Shown here in pieces: positions 36,943-47,095 of a stretch of DNA of 64,000 bases. Origin of the DNA: Pseudomonadota bacterium (GTDB lineage Bacteria; Myxococcota_A; UBA9160; SZUA-336); contig QJZC01000025.1 in assembly GCA_003247575.1 (NCBI GenBank), positions 6,498 to 70,497 of the forward strand. The letters run 5' to 3'. Each line of letters opens with the position of its first letter. Within the stretch, counting starts at the first letter, position 1. Under the pieces are notes generated by a model. It saw nothing but the letters and a program-made list of their open reading frames with translations, was not told the DNA's origin and did no database searches. A program made the position numbers and the translations under genes.

Positions 36943-39750
36943 TCAAGTGGGGGCCAGAGAGGAGAGGCACACCGCGACTTCCGCTCGGATCTTTGCATGT
37001 AGCTCCGGATTTCGCTCGGCTACAACGCTCATCCACGGGATGTGCCTGGGAGTGGCGCCATACTTCATCGCCGCTTCCAGCAGCAGGCGCATCAGTCGCG
37101 GGGGGAGCCCTTGCAACTTCGCAACTGGCGCCCCTTCGATGCTTGCCAGAAACGAAACCGACAGATCGAGATCCTCGACCGGGTCTTCGTCCTCGAGGTC
37201 TAAGTGGCCTCGACCGCCGCGTTGGAGCTCGCACCTTCGGCAGGGGCAGCCTGAGCCGTGTGGATGCGCCCCCCGCCGGTTCTGGGGTGGACGCTGATGC
37301 TCGAGCTCAGCATCGAAAACCGCCTCTGGGTGTGCGCTGGGTTGCGGGCCTTCGCTCCAGATGTCGCTCAGATCCCGTCGTACATCGACCGCGTCGTCGA
37401 GAAGGCGCGCATTGCGATCGCGCTGCGCGAGCGCGATGACCGCGTCCACGCAGCACAGCGCTCGTTCGTCGTCGAAGCCCTCCAGCGAGCGTCCCCGGAG
37501 TAGAAGAAACCGCGCGCCATAGGCGTCGCGTCGAGCCAGGCCCGCATGGCTGGCTAGATAGGCCAGCTGCTGTTCCCCTCCCTGGAGTGCGCACTCGGCC
37601 AGAGCGCAGAGAGCTCCGCTCTCGAGAGTCTCGGCGATCGTTCCGCGAAGTGCGCGACACAGCGACCGCACCTCGGTTTCCATGAACTCGACATCCAACT
37701 CGAGCGCACGGCAGAGTGAACAGACGCGAGCTGCCCCGTCGAGCAGGGAAGCGTCGGTCCCCTGAGCGCTCTTCTTCGAACTGCGCGTTCGGCGGTGTCC
37801 GGGTTCCGCCCCTTCTTTGCCTCGTCGCAGATCCAACCGCGCGACGGCCCGCAGCAACAATTCTGCAGCGCGGGCATCGCCCACTTCTTGTGACAGCGCA
37901 TCTTGGTGCAGTCGAAACCCAGCCGGATCCTGCGCGAGCGCTGCATGCGCACAGCGAAGAGCCGAGAGCGCCAGATGGCTGTCCATCGACTCCTTCGACC
38001 CCAGCTCTGCGATCGTCTGCTCCAAAGCCGCAATGTCACCAGCCAGGAGCTTCGGTTTGTTGCCCGCAAGGTGGCGCTGTGCGGTCTTGATCTGGAGACG
38101 TCGCCGCGCGTGAAGCACGCTCGAATCGAGGGGGTTCCGTTGCGCCGCTTGCTCCAGAAAGCCCAGGGCCTTTCGCAGCGCACCGCGAGACTCCGCCGAC
38201 TGCATTCGGATCAGCAGCGGGTGGGGATCGTTGGGATGGGTTTCGGTCCAGGCCTCCGCTGCGCGTTCCATCTGTTTGTCATCGCCTCGGCTACGCGCCG
38301 ACTCGATCCAGGCGCGAAATCCATCCGGGCTCGAATCCCATTCGCACGCGCGCGCATGCAACCACAGCGGATCCCGCGCTCGGTGTTCGGAGGTCGAGCT
38401 GGTCGATGCCTTGGCGCCCCGGGACCTGCGGCCTCGCGCGCTGCGTCGTCCACCCGGTTGGCTCCTCTGCGTCGGGTCCAGATCCTTGGCCTCGCGAAAC
38501 AACTCCTCGATCTCGTCCGCAGCGTACCCTTCGAGCAGCGAGGCCGTGTGCCGATAGATGGCGGCGGCTTCGAGACCTTCGCTCGCCAGCTGCCCTTCCG
38601 CCACGGCTGCCTTCAGGAAGGAGATCCACACCGGCGCGGCGAATGCATGCGGCAATCCCGGCGCTCCTTCGATCGACTTCGCGAGTCGTCGCAGGTACCC
38701 GGCATCGCGCTTCGGGGCCCTGCCGATCATGTGCTCGATCCACTCAGGATCGAACATGTGCACGATCGCGTAGATCTCGATCCACTGGAGGAGTCGCTCC
38801 AGGAGTTCTGGGGCCTCCGACCGGACCTGTCGCACCGCTGCTTCGATGTTGTGAGGAACCTCGAATGGATCTTCCGCGGCGAAAGCTGCATCCAGGCGTC
38901 CAAGCGCGCTCCGGAGCTTGTCCGGGCGCCCGAGCACTCGATTGTACAGCCGGGTCGGGGCCGCTGGGGCGACCGCAGCCGTCATCGCGCGCAGCTCGGG
39001 GACCAAGCGCGCTGGGGCCGAGTCCGTAGGGATCGCTGCGAGGCTGCGCTCGCATTCCTCGTCTTCGCAGCGATAGAACGCGGCAAGTGCGCGCACCAGC
39101 AGCTTCCAGGGAGCGAGTGGGCTACGCCGCGACACTTCTGGCAGAGCGACTTCGACATCTGTGACGCTGCGCGTGGTCACACGGGCCAATGCATCCGTGA
39201 TCGCTCCCGCGGCTCTCCGAAGCGGATGATTCTCCGGTAGAGAGGCGGCGCTCGCCAGGGCGCTGGGATCACATAGGTGCTTCCGGATAGCGTCCTCGAT
39301 CTCCTCACGTGTGGCGGGCGCAAGATCGGGATCGGCCAGCGGAGCGACTGCGTCGTCCACCTCGCGCCCCTTTACAGCGAAGCGCAGGCGAAGGGAGCGA
39401 ACCGGATCTCGTGCCTCGGCATGGTTCTGTTCGAGGAGCTCGAGCAGTGCGATGGCCTCCCGGTCGAGCCCCTTGGCGGCCAGCGCCTCGGCACGCGCCA
39501 GGTAGCTGCGGATCAGGAGCGTACGTGAAGCCTCGCTCGGCGCACTCCGGTGGAGTCCCTTGGCAATTGCGAGAGCGCGGGTGGAGATTCCCCGCGCCAG
39601 CAGATCCTCGACTTGAGCTTCGAGCTCGTGAGCACCCTGCTGCGGCGGTCCAGCAATCGTGGATGTCGCTTCTCCGCTTGCATCTGGCGGCGCAAGGGCA
39701 CTGGAGCGCGTTCCGCGGCGGTCGCCGCGAATCGTAGCTGCCCTTTTGCG
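36943..39750 (-). CDS. Large (~900-1000 aa) all-helical protein of unknown function, first gene of the J/GrpE/Hsp70 operon
   Basis: The maximal ORF reaches 40176, but its first ~150 codons are Arg-rich and contain no Met, so the start is uncertain. The C-terminus has a 'GCPCRRC' motif. Confidence 0.5.
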   Translation of the reverse strand, partial: RKRAATIRGDRRGTRSSALAPPDASGEATSTIAGPPQQGAHELEAQVEDLLARGISTRALAIAKGLHRSAPSEASRTLLIRSYLARAEALAAKGLDREAIALLELLEQNHAEARDPVRSLRLRFAVKGREVDDAVAPLADPDLAPATREEIEDAIRKHLCDPSALASAASLPENHPLRRAAGAITDALARVTTRSVTDVEVALPEVSRRSPLAPWKLLVRALAAFYRCEDEECERSLAAIPTDSAPARLVPELRAMTAAVAPAAPTRLYNRVLGRPDKLRSALGRLDAAFAAEDPFEVPHNIEAAVRQVRSEAPELLERLLQWIEIYAIVHMFDPEWIEHMIGRAPKRDAGYLRRLAKSIEGAPGLPHAFAAPVWISFLKAAVAEGQLASEGLEAAAIYRHTASLLEGYAADEIEELFREAKDLDPTQRSQPGGRRSARGRRSRGAKASTSSTSEHRARDPLWLHARACEWDSSPDGFRAWIESARSRGDDKQMERAAEAWTETHPNDPHPLLIRMQSAESRGALRKALGFLEQAAQRNPLDSSVLHARRRLQIKTAQRHLAGNKPKLLAGDIAALEQTIAELGSKESMDSHLALSALRCAHAALAQDPAGFRLHQDALSQEVGDARAAELLLRAVARLDLRRGKEGAEPGHRRTRSSKKSAQGTDASLLDGAARVCSLCRALELDVEFMETEVRSLCRALRGTIAETLESGALCALAECALQGGEQQLAYLASHAGLARRDAYGARFLLLRGRSLEGFDDERALCCVDAVIALAQRDRNARLLDDAVDVRRDLSDIWSEGPQPSAHPEAVFDAELEHQRPPQNRRGAHPHGSGCPCRRCELQRGGRGHLDLEDEDPVEDLDLSVSFLASIEGAPVAKLQGLPPRLMRLLLEAAMKYGATPRHIPWMSVVAERNPELHAKIRAEVAVCLSSLAPT

Positions 39751-39938
39751 ATTTCTCCGTCTTCTCGGCACGCGCTCCCCACCAGCAGGAGAGAGTTCGA
39801 AACGGGTGCTCCTAGACGCTGGAAGTGTGCTGCGCCGGAGCAGCCCCCATCCGGCGGTGGCCCGGTGGATTCCCCTGCAACGCCCGCAGTCTCGCACAGT
39901 CGCGTGGAGGGATTCCAGCGCGTCGCTGGGGAAGCTCC

Positions 39939-39968
39939 GGACCCATGCGGACCCATGCGGACCCGCTC
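39939..39968. repeat. Three tandem 10-bp direct repeats: GGACCCATGC x2 then GGACCCGCTC
   Basis: Visible in the sequence. They lie in the probable divergent promoter region between the Hsp70-operon first gene and the lipoprotein gene at 40250. Confidence 0.4.
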
Positions 39969-40249
39969 GATCGTGCTCGCGCACTTGGTGAAGTCGACCG
40001 GGAGCGGATCGGAAAGGATGGCACCCACAGTATGCTCGGCGCGGGCGGCTCGTTCGAGGTGCGAGTGGTACGAAAACTGGGCGAGATCTGCGCCGAAACT
40101 GCGCCGACACACCGCACCTCTCTCTGGATACTGAGCAGGTTGCGATTCCTCGGGCGCATTGGTGAAAGGGGTCCAAGCAGTCCTCACCCCAGATGGCTCC
40201 GGATCATCGGCCGCGCAGCGAGGAAACAACGCCATCCAAGGAGATTACA

Positions 40250-40780
40250 ATGCTAGCTCTCAGACCCACGTCTCTCGCTCTTGCAAGCTTGATCGCCTCG
40301 TGCCTCGTGGCGTGCACGTTGGATCCTCGCCATCAATCGGTCGTCGATCGTCGAGACAGCCCGTTCACGCTGAATATGGTGACCCCTCGCCAGGAGTTTG
40401 CCATGTTCGTGGAAGCGCTTCACCCGACGCGCAAGGTGTACGACACCATCGCGACGTTCAGTGCCGACCGCGGGACATCCATCGGCGAAGACGCCACGGG
40501 GATTACCTACTACAACCGCCTCGCCTCATTCAGAATCCCGGATGCGTACTGGGTCGAGCTCATAGGACAGAACAGATATCGCGCGGACATCCGCTTCTTC
40601 GTGATGACAGCTGATGGAAAGAACAAGACCGTGACCTTCAAGTTGGGTCCAGGCACGGACTCCTGTCTCCTAAATCAATTCACGAACGTGAGCGGACTCA
40701 GCGTCTCGGATATCTGTGGACGCCGAAATTCCTTCACGAACGAGCCTCTGAATGCGATTCAAGTGTTCGCGCGCAACTGA
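40250..40780 (+). CDS. Lipoprotein, hypothetical
   Basis: Lipobox 'LIASCLVAC|TL'; lower-GC coding sequence. Confidence 0.55.
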   Translation: MLALRPTSLALASLIASCLVACTLDPRHQSVVDRRDSPFTLNMVTPRQEFAMFVEALHPTRKVYDTIATFSADRGTSIGEDATGITYYNRLASFRIPDAYWVELIGQNRYRADIRFFVMTADGKNKTVTFKLGPGTDSCLLNQFTNVSGLSVSDICGRRNSFTNEPLNAIQVFARN

Positions 40781-41388
40781 TCCCAAGGGGTATATGCCTG
40801 CTCGCGCTACGTAAGGATTCTTGCGAGGAGGGGCGTCCGGCCGCAGTCCGGATGCCCCTCTTCTCCGAAGACCTTCTTTGAAAGGTCTCGCCGCAGCCAC
40901 GTCGATTGCAAGTGCGGCCATGGAGGGTGAAGAGAGGCTCCGACTCTACGCACCGGAGCAGCCGGGCATACGTAGGCCATGACCTGAGTCTCGATTACAG
41001 ACCGAACGTGATGGCACCGAAGGCGACTTTCACGGTCGTTCGACCGGCCGCCGGGTGACCGTGCTCGCGCTCACAGACTGAAACTCAGCCTGCGAGGGAA
41101 TGCCTTCGCCTCGAGGGAGCAATCGCTCAGGATCTTACCGCACTCTTCCCACGCGCGACTCAGACCTGGGGAGCGAGGCCGGCTTCGCCCCCAGACTCAC
41201 GGCCTGCCTGGGTGGAGGTGGGGAGGGTTTCAGAGGGTCCGCTGGGTCTGGTTCTCCGAGTGACGGCACCCCTACGGAAACTTCGTCGCGCGTGCCATCT
41301 TGTAGCCAGGTGCGTGCCCTCTGGTGCCGCGGCGGATCCAGGTTCCGGCGCGGCGTTCGCGAAGAGATGGAGCACCGAATGAGGCCCC

Positions 41389-42729
41389 TTGATGTCCAAC
41401 TCAGAGATCGGGATCCGGTTGTTTCTTCAGCTCGCGGTCATCATCGCCACGTGCCGAGCCATTGGGTGGCTGGGAAGGCGATTTTTGGGACAGACGCAGG
41501 TATTCATGGAGATGCTCGCTGGAGTGTTGTTGGGCCCCTCGCTCCTGGGTCTCGTCTGGCCCGAGGCGCAGGCCTGGCTCTTTCCGCAGCAGTTGCTCGT
41601 CGATTCCGACGCCGAGATCGCGATTGCACATCCGAACATGACCATTCTCTATGCACTCGCCCAGGTCGGACTGGTGCTCTACATGTTCGTAATCGGTCTC
41701 GAATTCGACCTGCGCTTGCTTCGGGGACGGGCGCGCAGCGCGGGCTTGGTGTCAGCCGCGGGAATCATCGTGCCGTTCGCGGCGGGAGCCGTACTCTTGC
41801 CGTATCTACTCGGGAGACCCGACTTCTTCGCAGGCGACGTGCGCCCGAGCGTCGCCTGGCTCTTCGTCGGGTCGTCGATCTCGATCACCGCATTCCCGAT
41901 GCTCGCGCGCATTCTATACGAACGCGGGATCGCAAGCACACCGCTCGGGACCCTCACTCTGGCGGCCGGGTCGATCGACGATGCCATTGCCTGGTGCTTG
42001 CTCGCCCTGGTACTCGCGCTGTTCCAGAGGAGCCCCGAGATTGCGATGCTGACGGTCGGAGGTGGCCTCGCCTATGGCATAGCGATGTTTACCGTTGGAC
42101 GCACGCTGCTGCGTGGCTTCGCTCGCGCACTCGAGCATCGCGGTGAGTTGTCGATGGACCTCTTCACGAGCGTGGTGGTCGTGCTGCTCACGTGCGCCTG
42201 GATTACAGATGCGATCGGAATCTACGCCGTGTTCGGTGCTTTCATCTGTGGAGCTGCCATGCCCAAGGGGGAGCTCGGCGAGCTGCTGACGCATCGCATC
42301 GAGCAGCTCACCACGTCGTTGTTCCTGCCGATGTTCTTCGTGTACTCCGGACTGAATACTCGCATCGAGCTGGTGAATTCCCTCGAGCTCTGGCTGGTCA
42401 CGGCAGTTGTGGTATCGATCTCCATTCTAGGCAAAGGGATCGCTTGCATGCTGGCTGCGCGCCTCGCGGGCGAGACCTGGCATCATTCCGCAATCGTCGG
42501 AACGCTGATGAACGCCCGCGGATTGATGGAACTGATTCTGCTCAATATCGGTCTCGAACGCGGCGTGATCACACCGACCTTCTTCACGATCATGGTCCTG
42601 ATGGCGGTCGTGACGACAGGCATGGCCTCTCCTCTGTATCACTTGTTGAGCCGCGGTCTGGTGCTCGACGGTGCGCGCGTGCCCGGGACTCGCAAGCCGC
42701 TGATGACCTCACTCAAACGCGCGAGCTGA
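41389..42729 (+). CDS. Cation:proton antiporter (CPA2/Kef-NhaP type)
   Basis: 12-TM Na_H exchanger pattern, e.g. 'MEMLAGVLLGPSLLG' and 'GLEFDL'. Confidence 0.85.
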   Translation: MMSNSEIGIRLFLQLAVIIATCRAIGWLGRRFLGQTQVFMEMLAGVLLGPSLLGLVWPEAQAWLFPQQLLVDSDAEIAIAHPNMTILYALAQVGLVLYMFVIGLEFDLRLLRGRARSAGLVSAAGIIVPFAAGAVLLPYLLGRPDFFAGDVRPSVAWLFVGSSISITAFPMLARILYERGIASTPLGTLTLAAGSIDDAIAWCLLALVLALFQRSPEIAMLTVGGGLAYGIAMFTVGRTLLRGFARALEHRGELSMDLFTSVVVVLLTCAWITDAIGIYAVFGAFICGAAMPKGELGELLTHRIEQLTTSLFLPMFFVYSGLNTRIELVNSLELWLVTAVVVSISILGKGIACMLAARLAGETWHHSAIVGTLMNARGLMELILLNIGLERGVITPTFFTIMVLMAVVTTGMASPLYHLLSRGLVLDGARVPGTRKPLMTSLKRAS

Positions 42730-43356
42730 CCTGCGGGCGGGCAAGCGCCGGCATCACGGACACGAGGCATCAAGGCACCAGGCCATCGATTTGCACTTCC
42801 GGGGGTGGGTCCGCCCCTTCGTTCATCGCCTCGGCACCCTCTTGTACACCTAGCAACCATACGGAGTGCAGTGTTTCGATCACGCATCCTTCCCTTCTAC
42901 GTCATGACTGGATAGCTCGTGTCAATTTCGTGAGTGGATGAATGGCGAGAAGCGTTGAGTGACGCAGCACACAAGCTCGCCGGTCGAATCGACCGGAAAC
43001 TTGTCGGTGGCGACGAGATCCGGGGCGATATTCCCAGGCCGAACAGTTCTTCACAGCCCACCCGGGCCTGGGGGAAGGCGCATTCCCGTGGACATCGGCC
43101 CAAAATCCCCAGTAGAGTGGACCAAGTCGTAGAGGCGCGCGTCGTGCGAGCCCGAGCGAGGAGCTGAGCGCTCCAGCCCGAGGTAGGCTGAAGCCGGAAC
43201 CAACCCGCGGAACCGACCCGGAATGAGAGAAGAAAGTCCTTGGCTGAATGCTCGCCCGGCAGAAGCGGACTCTGACTGCAGCATGCCCCTCGCCCGGCTG
43301 CATCCGGGTGAGCTCCGGAGCGGCGCGTCGTCGCATCACGCGATCAGGACCAGTGC

Positions 43357-44190
43357 ATGACGCCCTTCGCCGACGATACGCGATTCAGCGGCTCGATTCC
43401 CGCACAGTATGAGCGATATCTGGCCCCTATCCTCTTCGAGCCATACGCAACGCAACTGACCGAGCAGCTCTGCCGGCACCTGGACTCTCGCCTTGGCGAT
43501 GCGACTGTACTCGAGATCGCTGCAGGAACTGGCGTGGCGACACGCGCGATGGCGCGTGCCTTATCCACGAAGGTCGAGATCGTGGCCACAGACTTCAACC
43601 CAGCAATGCTCGACCAGGCTGCGCAGATTCCGATTGCACGACCCGTGCAGTGGCACCAAGCCGATGCGATGCAGCTCACGTTTCCCGAGTCAGCCTTCGA
43701 CGCAGTGCTGTGCCAGTTCGGCGTCATGTTCTTCCAGGACAAGGCGCGCGCGTTCGGCGAGGTGCGCCGCGTACTGAAAGAAGGCGGGATCTGGCTGTTC
43801 AACTCATGGGACTGCATCGAACAGAATGAGTTCGCCCAGCTTGTCTCGATTGCGCTTGCAAAGCTGTTCCCCGAAAACCCGATTCGCTTCATGGCTCGAA
43901 CGCCACACGGATACCATGACACGGCAATGATCCAGCGCGATCTAGCTGCCGGCGGCTTCGTCGGCCCAGCCAGTATCGCGACGATCACGATGCAGAGTCG
44001 CGCACGGAGCGCGCGCGAAGTTGCCGTCGCGTTCTGCCAGGGGACTCCGATCCGCAGCGAGATCGAAGCGCGGGATGCGACCGCATTGGAAGACACGACC
44101 GATGCTGTTGCCGAGGAACTCGAACGTCACTACGGGTCAGGAGCAATCGAGGGCAGGATGCGAGCACACGTCGTGGCGATCACGAAGTGA
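43357..44190 (+). CDS. Class I SAM-dependent methyltransferase
   Basis: Motif I 'VLEIAAGTGVATRAMA'. Confidence 0.8.
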   Translation: MTPFADDTRFSGSIPAQYERYLAPILFEPYATQLTEQLCRHLDSRLGDATVLEIAAGTGVATRAMARALSTKVEIVATDFNPAMLDQAAQIPIARPVQWHQADAMQLTFPESAFDAVLCQFGVMFFQDKARAFGEVRRVLKEGGIWLFNSWDCIEQNEFAQLVSIALAKLFPENPIRFMARTPHGYHDTAMIQRDLAAGGFVGPASIATITMQSRARSAREVAVAFCQGTPIRSEIEARDATALEDTTDAVAEELERHYGSGAIEGRMRAHVVAITK

Positions 44191-44330
44191 GAGTCGCGGC
44201 GCCGCCGGCGGATCCGTGGGTCCACCGGACTCCGATCTGCTATCGTGAGCATTCGCTGCTGCGCGAGACTCTCACGGCCTCTCTGCTGCCGACGGATGGG
44301 TTCTGGCAAAGCGATATCCCGTAATCTGAA

Positions 44331-44771
44331 ATGGGGAGCTTCTCGATGCGCACACCCGCTCCGTTCCACCTGGCCTTTCCGGTCGACGACCTCACCGTAG
44401 CGCGAGAGTTCTACGGCAAGGTTCTGGGTTGTAGGGAGGGCCGCTCGTCCGACTGCTGGATCGACTTCGACTTCTGGGGACATCAGCTCGTAGCGCATCT
44501 AGGAGAGCGCATCTCGTCCGGGCAGAGCCACGTAGATGGCAGCTCGGTGCCAGTGCCACACTTTGGAGCCGTTCTCACCTATCCGGCGTTCCAGGAGCTC
44601 GTCGAGCGTCTAGGTCGTGCGGGTGTCGCGCCCGAGTCGGGGCCTACGTTGCGACACGCCGGCAAGGTGGGCGAGCAGTGGACGCTCTTCTTGCGGGATC
44701 CCTCGGGCAACGCGCTCGAGTTCAAGGCCTTTCGAGACCCCGCGGAGATGTTCGGCTTTGATGATGCCTGA
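44331..44771 (+). CDS. VOC/glyoxalase-family protein
   Basis: 'FHLAFPVDDLTVAREFYGKVLGC' VOC signature. Confidence 0.75.
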   Translation: MGSFSMRTPAPFHLAFPVDDLTVAREFYGKVLGCREGRSSDCWIDFDFWGHQLVAHLGERISSGQSHVDGSSVPVPHFGAVLTYPAFQELVERLGRAGVAPESGPTLRHAGKVGEQWTLFLRDPSGNALEFKAFRDPAEMFGFDDA

Positions 44772-44834
44772 CGGCACGCAGCGGAATGTCACGGCGCTGT
44801 ATCGAGCGCCTTCTGGCGCGGAAGGGCGGCGCCG

Positions 44835-45728
44835 CTGACCGAGACTCTCGCGACGGGCTCGGCGTGGTGCCCGGGCACCTGCGGTGAGCTCGTCCAGGGC
44901 TTTCTCGGCGGGGGCGAGCCATTTCACGTCACTTGCCCCGTGCGCCTCTACGCGCGAGTGCGCCTTTCGGTGCAGCCGGCACCACAGCTTCGTATCGACG
45001 GAATTCCGTCCGAATACAGCAAGATGCGTCAGAGCCTGCTCGATACGCTTCGCATGCTGGGGATGGATTCCGTTCGAATCCAGGCTCACAGGGAATCCGA
45101 CCTCCCGGTATGCAAGGGCATGGCGTCGAGCACAGCCGACGTGCTGGCGGCCGCCGCCTCGCTTGCAGACGCGGTCGGACAGCGCCTGTCTCCCCCTACC
45201 CTCGCGCGCATCGCCACTGGCATCGAGTCGTCCGACGGCGTCATGTACCCGGGCGTCGCCGCGGTGAATCATCGAACCGGTCGCCTGATTCACTCCTTCA
45301 GCTGGTGGCCGCGGCTATGGGTCGTCATCGCCGTCCCGCACACGCGTCTCGACACCTCGACGGTCTCCTTTGCCGGTAAGTCAGCTCGCTCGGCTGAGTT
45401 CGACACACTACTCGCTACGCTCCGTCGAGCGGAGGGAGAGCGCGACGCGCACAGCATTGCGGCCTGCGCCACGCGTTCCGCCGAGATCAACCAGGAGTGG
45501 GTCGCGAACCCGCTCTTCGACACCTTCCAAGGGCTCTCGGTCAGCCTGGGCGCACTCGGGGTCGCGGTCGCCCACACAGGGGTCGTGCTCGGCATGCTCT
45601 TCCCAGACACGCAGGATGGGTGCGCGGCTGCACGCAAAGCGATGAATCAGCTTCCTGACCGGTGCCCGCCCGGCACCACGTTCTTGCTCACCCAGCTCGA
45701 AGGGACACGAGCCTGGCCCGACGCCTGA
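44835..45728 (+). CDS. Small GHMP-family kinase (PduX/threonine-kinase-like) with anomalous start
   Basis: 'PGTCGELVQG' N-terminal motif at ~44871-44900 and 'KGMASSTADVLAAAASL' P-loop. The first canonical start in frame is the GTG at 44940, downstream of the conserved motif. A CTG at ~44835 is a possible start. Confidence 0.5.
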   Translation: MTETLATGSAWCPGTCGELVQGFLGGGEPFHVTCPVRLYARVRLSVQPAPQLRIDGIPSEYSKMRQSLLDTLRMLGMDSVRIQAHRESDLPVCKGMASSTADVLAAAASLADAVGQRLSPPTLARIATGIESSDGVMYPGVAAVNHRTGRLIHSFSWWPRLWVVIAVPHTRLDTSTVSFAGKSARSAEFDTLLATLRRAEGERDAHSIAACATRSAEINQEWVANPLFDTFQGLSVSLGALGVAVAHTGVVLGMLFPDTQDGCAAARKAMNQLPDRCPPGTTFLLTQLEGTRAWPDA

Positions 45729-45983
45729 CGCAGCGCCTGGCAGAGATGGAGAACCGCTGAACCGAGGGTCCACATGCGGATCCGAGTGGGGTACGAGCTC
45801 CTCTATACCTCCCCCAGAACACACAACCTTCTTGGACTCGTCATGCTGGTGCGAAATGCTCCGGGCACTCTGGGCACGGCGAGGAGGAACCTTGATGAAG
45901 GAGGTACGCGACCAGTACGGTGATTGCGGATCCCCTTCCAGGGAGAGTCGCGCAATAGGTCGATAGACAACACGGAGTTCCCC

Positions 45984-46355
45984 ATGCACATACAAAGCGA
46001 TTCGGAGCTTTCTGCGGACCAGATCTGGAAGCGGTTCGAGCCCATGACGGCGGCGGCGGAGGTCGCCCTTCACCCGAGCAGTAGCGGCACAAAGGTCGTC
46101 CTACGTCTCATGTGGGGCTCACTCCCGGCTCCGTTTCCCCGTGCCGTCGCACTGGCGGGGGTGGTGCTGGCTGCGGCGTGGCTCGTCTTTGCGGCTCCGA
46201 GGCTCGAGTCCTTCGCTTGGACCTGTGTGATCCAGGCCGTTCTCTCTGCGCTTCCGGTTGTGGCACTCGTCTTCCAACGGCGAGGGGAAAACGGATTGCA
46301 GAACGAGCTGGCAACGCTGTTGGGCTGTGCGCCGTTCGAGTCGGCTCCGCACTGA
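45984..46355 (+). CDS. Small membrane protein (2 TM), hypothetical
   Basis: ATG with GGAG 8 nt upstream; two hydrophobic helices. Confidence 0.4.
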   Translation: MHIQSDSELSADQIWKRFEPMTAAAEVALHPSSSGTKVVLRLMWGSLPAPFPRAVALAGVVLAAAWLVFAAPRLESFAWTCVIQAVLSALPVVALVFQRRGENGLQNELATLLGCAPFESAPH

Positions 46356-46415
46356 CTGCCAGAGAGCTCGCGCGACGTCTTTATGGTCGCAGGTCCGTCT
46401 CGCCGCCGAGAAGTG

Positions 46416-47093
46416 TCAGCGCGCTTTCCCGCAGAGCAACTCTGCGGCCTGATCGGCAAGGTCTCGCAATGCCATCGCCCGAGACAGTGATGCCGCCATC
46501 GGTCGATCCTCGGGTCGGTAGAAGTTGGAGACGTAGCGGAGGCGACTGGTGACCTCTAGCACCTGCGGCGGGCCAGCGTCCGCGAAGATACGAACCGTGG
46601 CGACCCCATCGACCGGGACTGACAGCGGGGCTCCGATCACATATACGAGCGTCATGGCCTCCGTCAGCAGCAGGGCCCAATCCAGTATCCCAGGCGCAGG
46701 TCGCGAGCTGGACTCCAGCTCGATTCGAAGGACTGAAGGAGGTCTGACATCGGATCTGTCGATCACATCAACGCGAGAAACACACTTTGTACTCTCGAGG
46801 AGCTTCGCAAAGAGAAACTCTTCGGAGAGATCCGAAAAGCGATCATCGAGACTCTGGCCCAAGATGCCGAGGCCTACTCGAGCTGCGATCAGGTTCGCCC
46901 GTTCCGCGGTCGCAACGGGCCCCTTGAGCCGTGAAACGCTCCGAACGGATGCGGCCTGGAACTTCGCTGGATATTCTCGCGGTGGAGTTTGATAGCGGCT
47001 GGGCACACTCATGCAGCCAGCCGCTGGTGCGAGCGCCAATGCAAGCAGGGCTCGGCGCCAGCCAGACCTGCAGCGATCACGATCCCTCATCAT
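46416..47093 (-). CDS. Lipoprotein, hypothetical
   Basis: 'RRALLALALAPAAGC|MS' lipobox after an internal Met of ORF 46416..47336. Confidence 0.5.
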   Translation of the reverse strand: MMRDRDRCRSGWRRALLALALAPAAGCMSVPSRYQTPPREYPAKFQAASVRSVSRLKGPVATAERANLIAARVGLGILGQSLDDRFSDLSEEFLFAKLLESTKCVSRVDVIDRSDVRPPSVLRIELESSSRPAPGILDWALLLTEAMTLVYVIGAPLSVPVDGVATVRIFADAGPPQVLEVTSRLRYVSNFYRPEDRPMAASLSRAMALRDLADQAAELLCGKAR

Positions 47094-47095
47094 CA

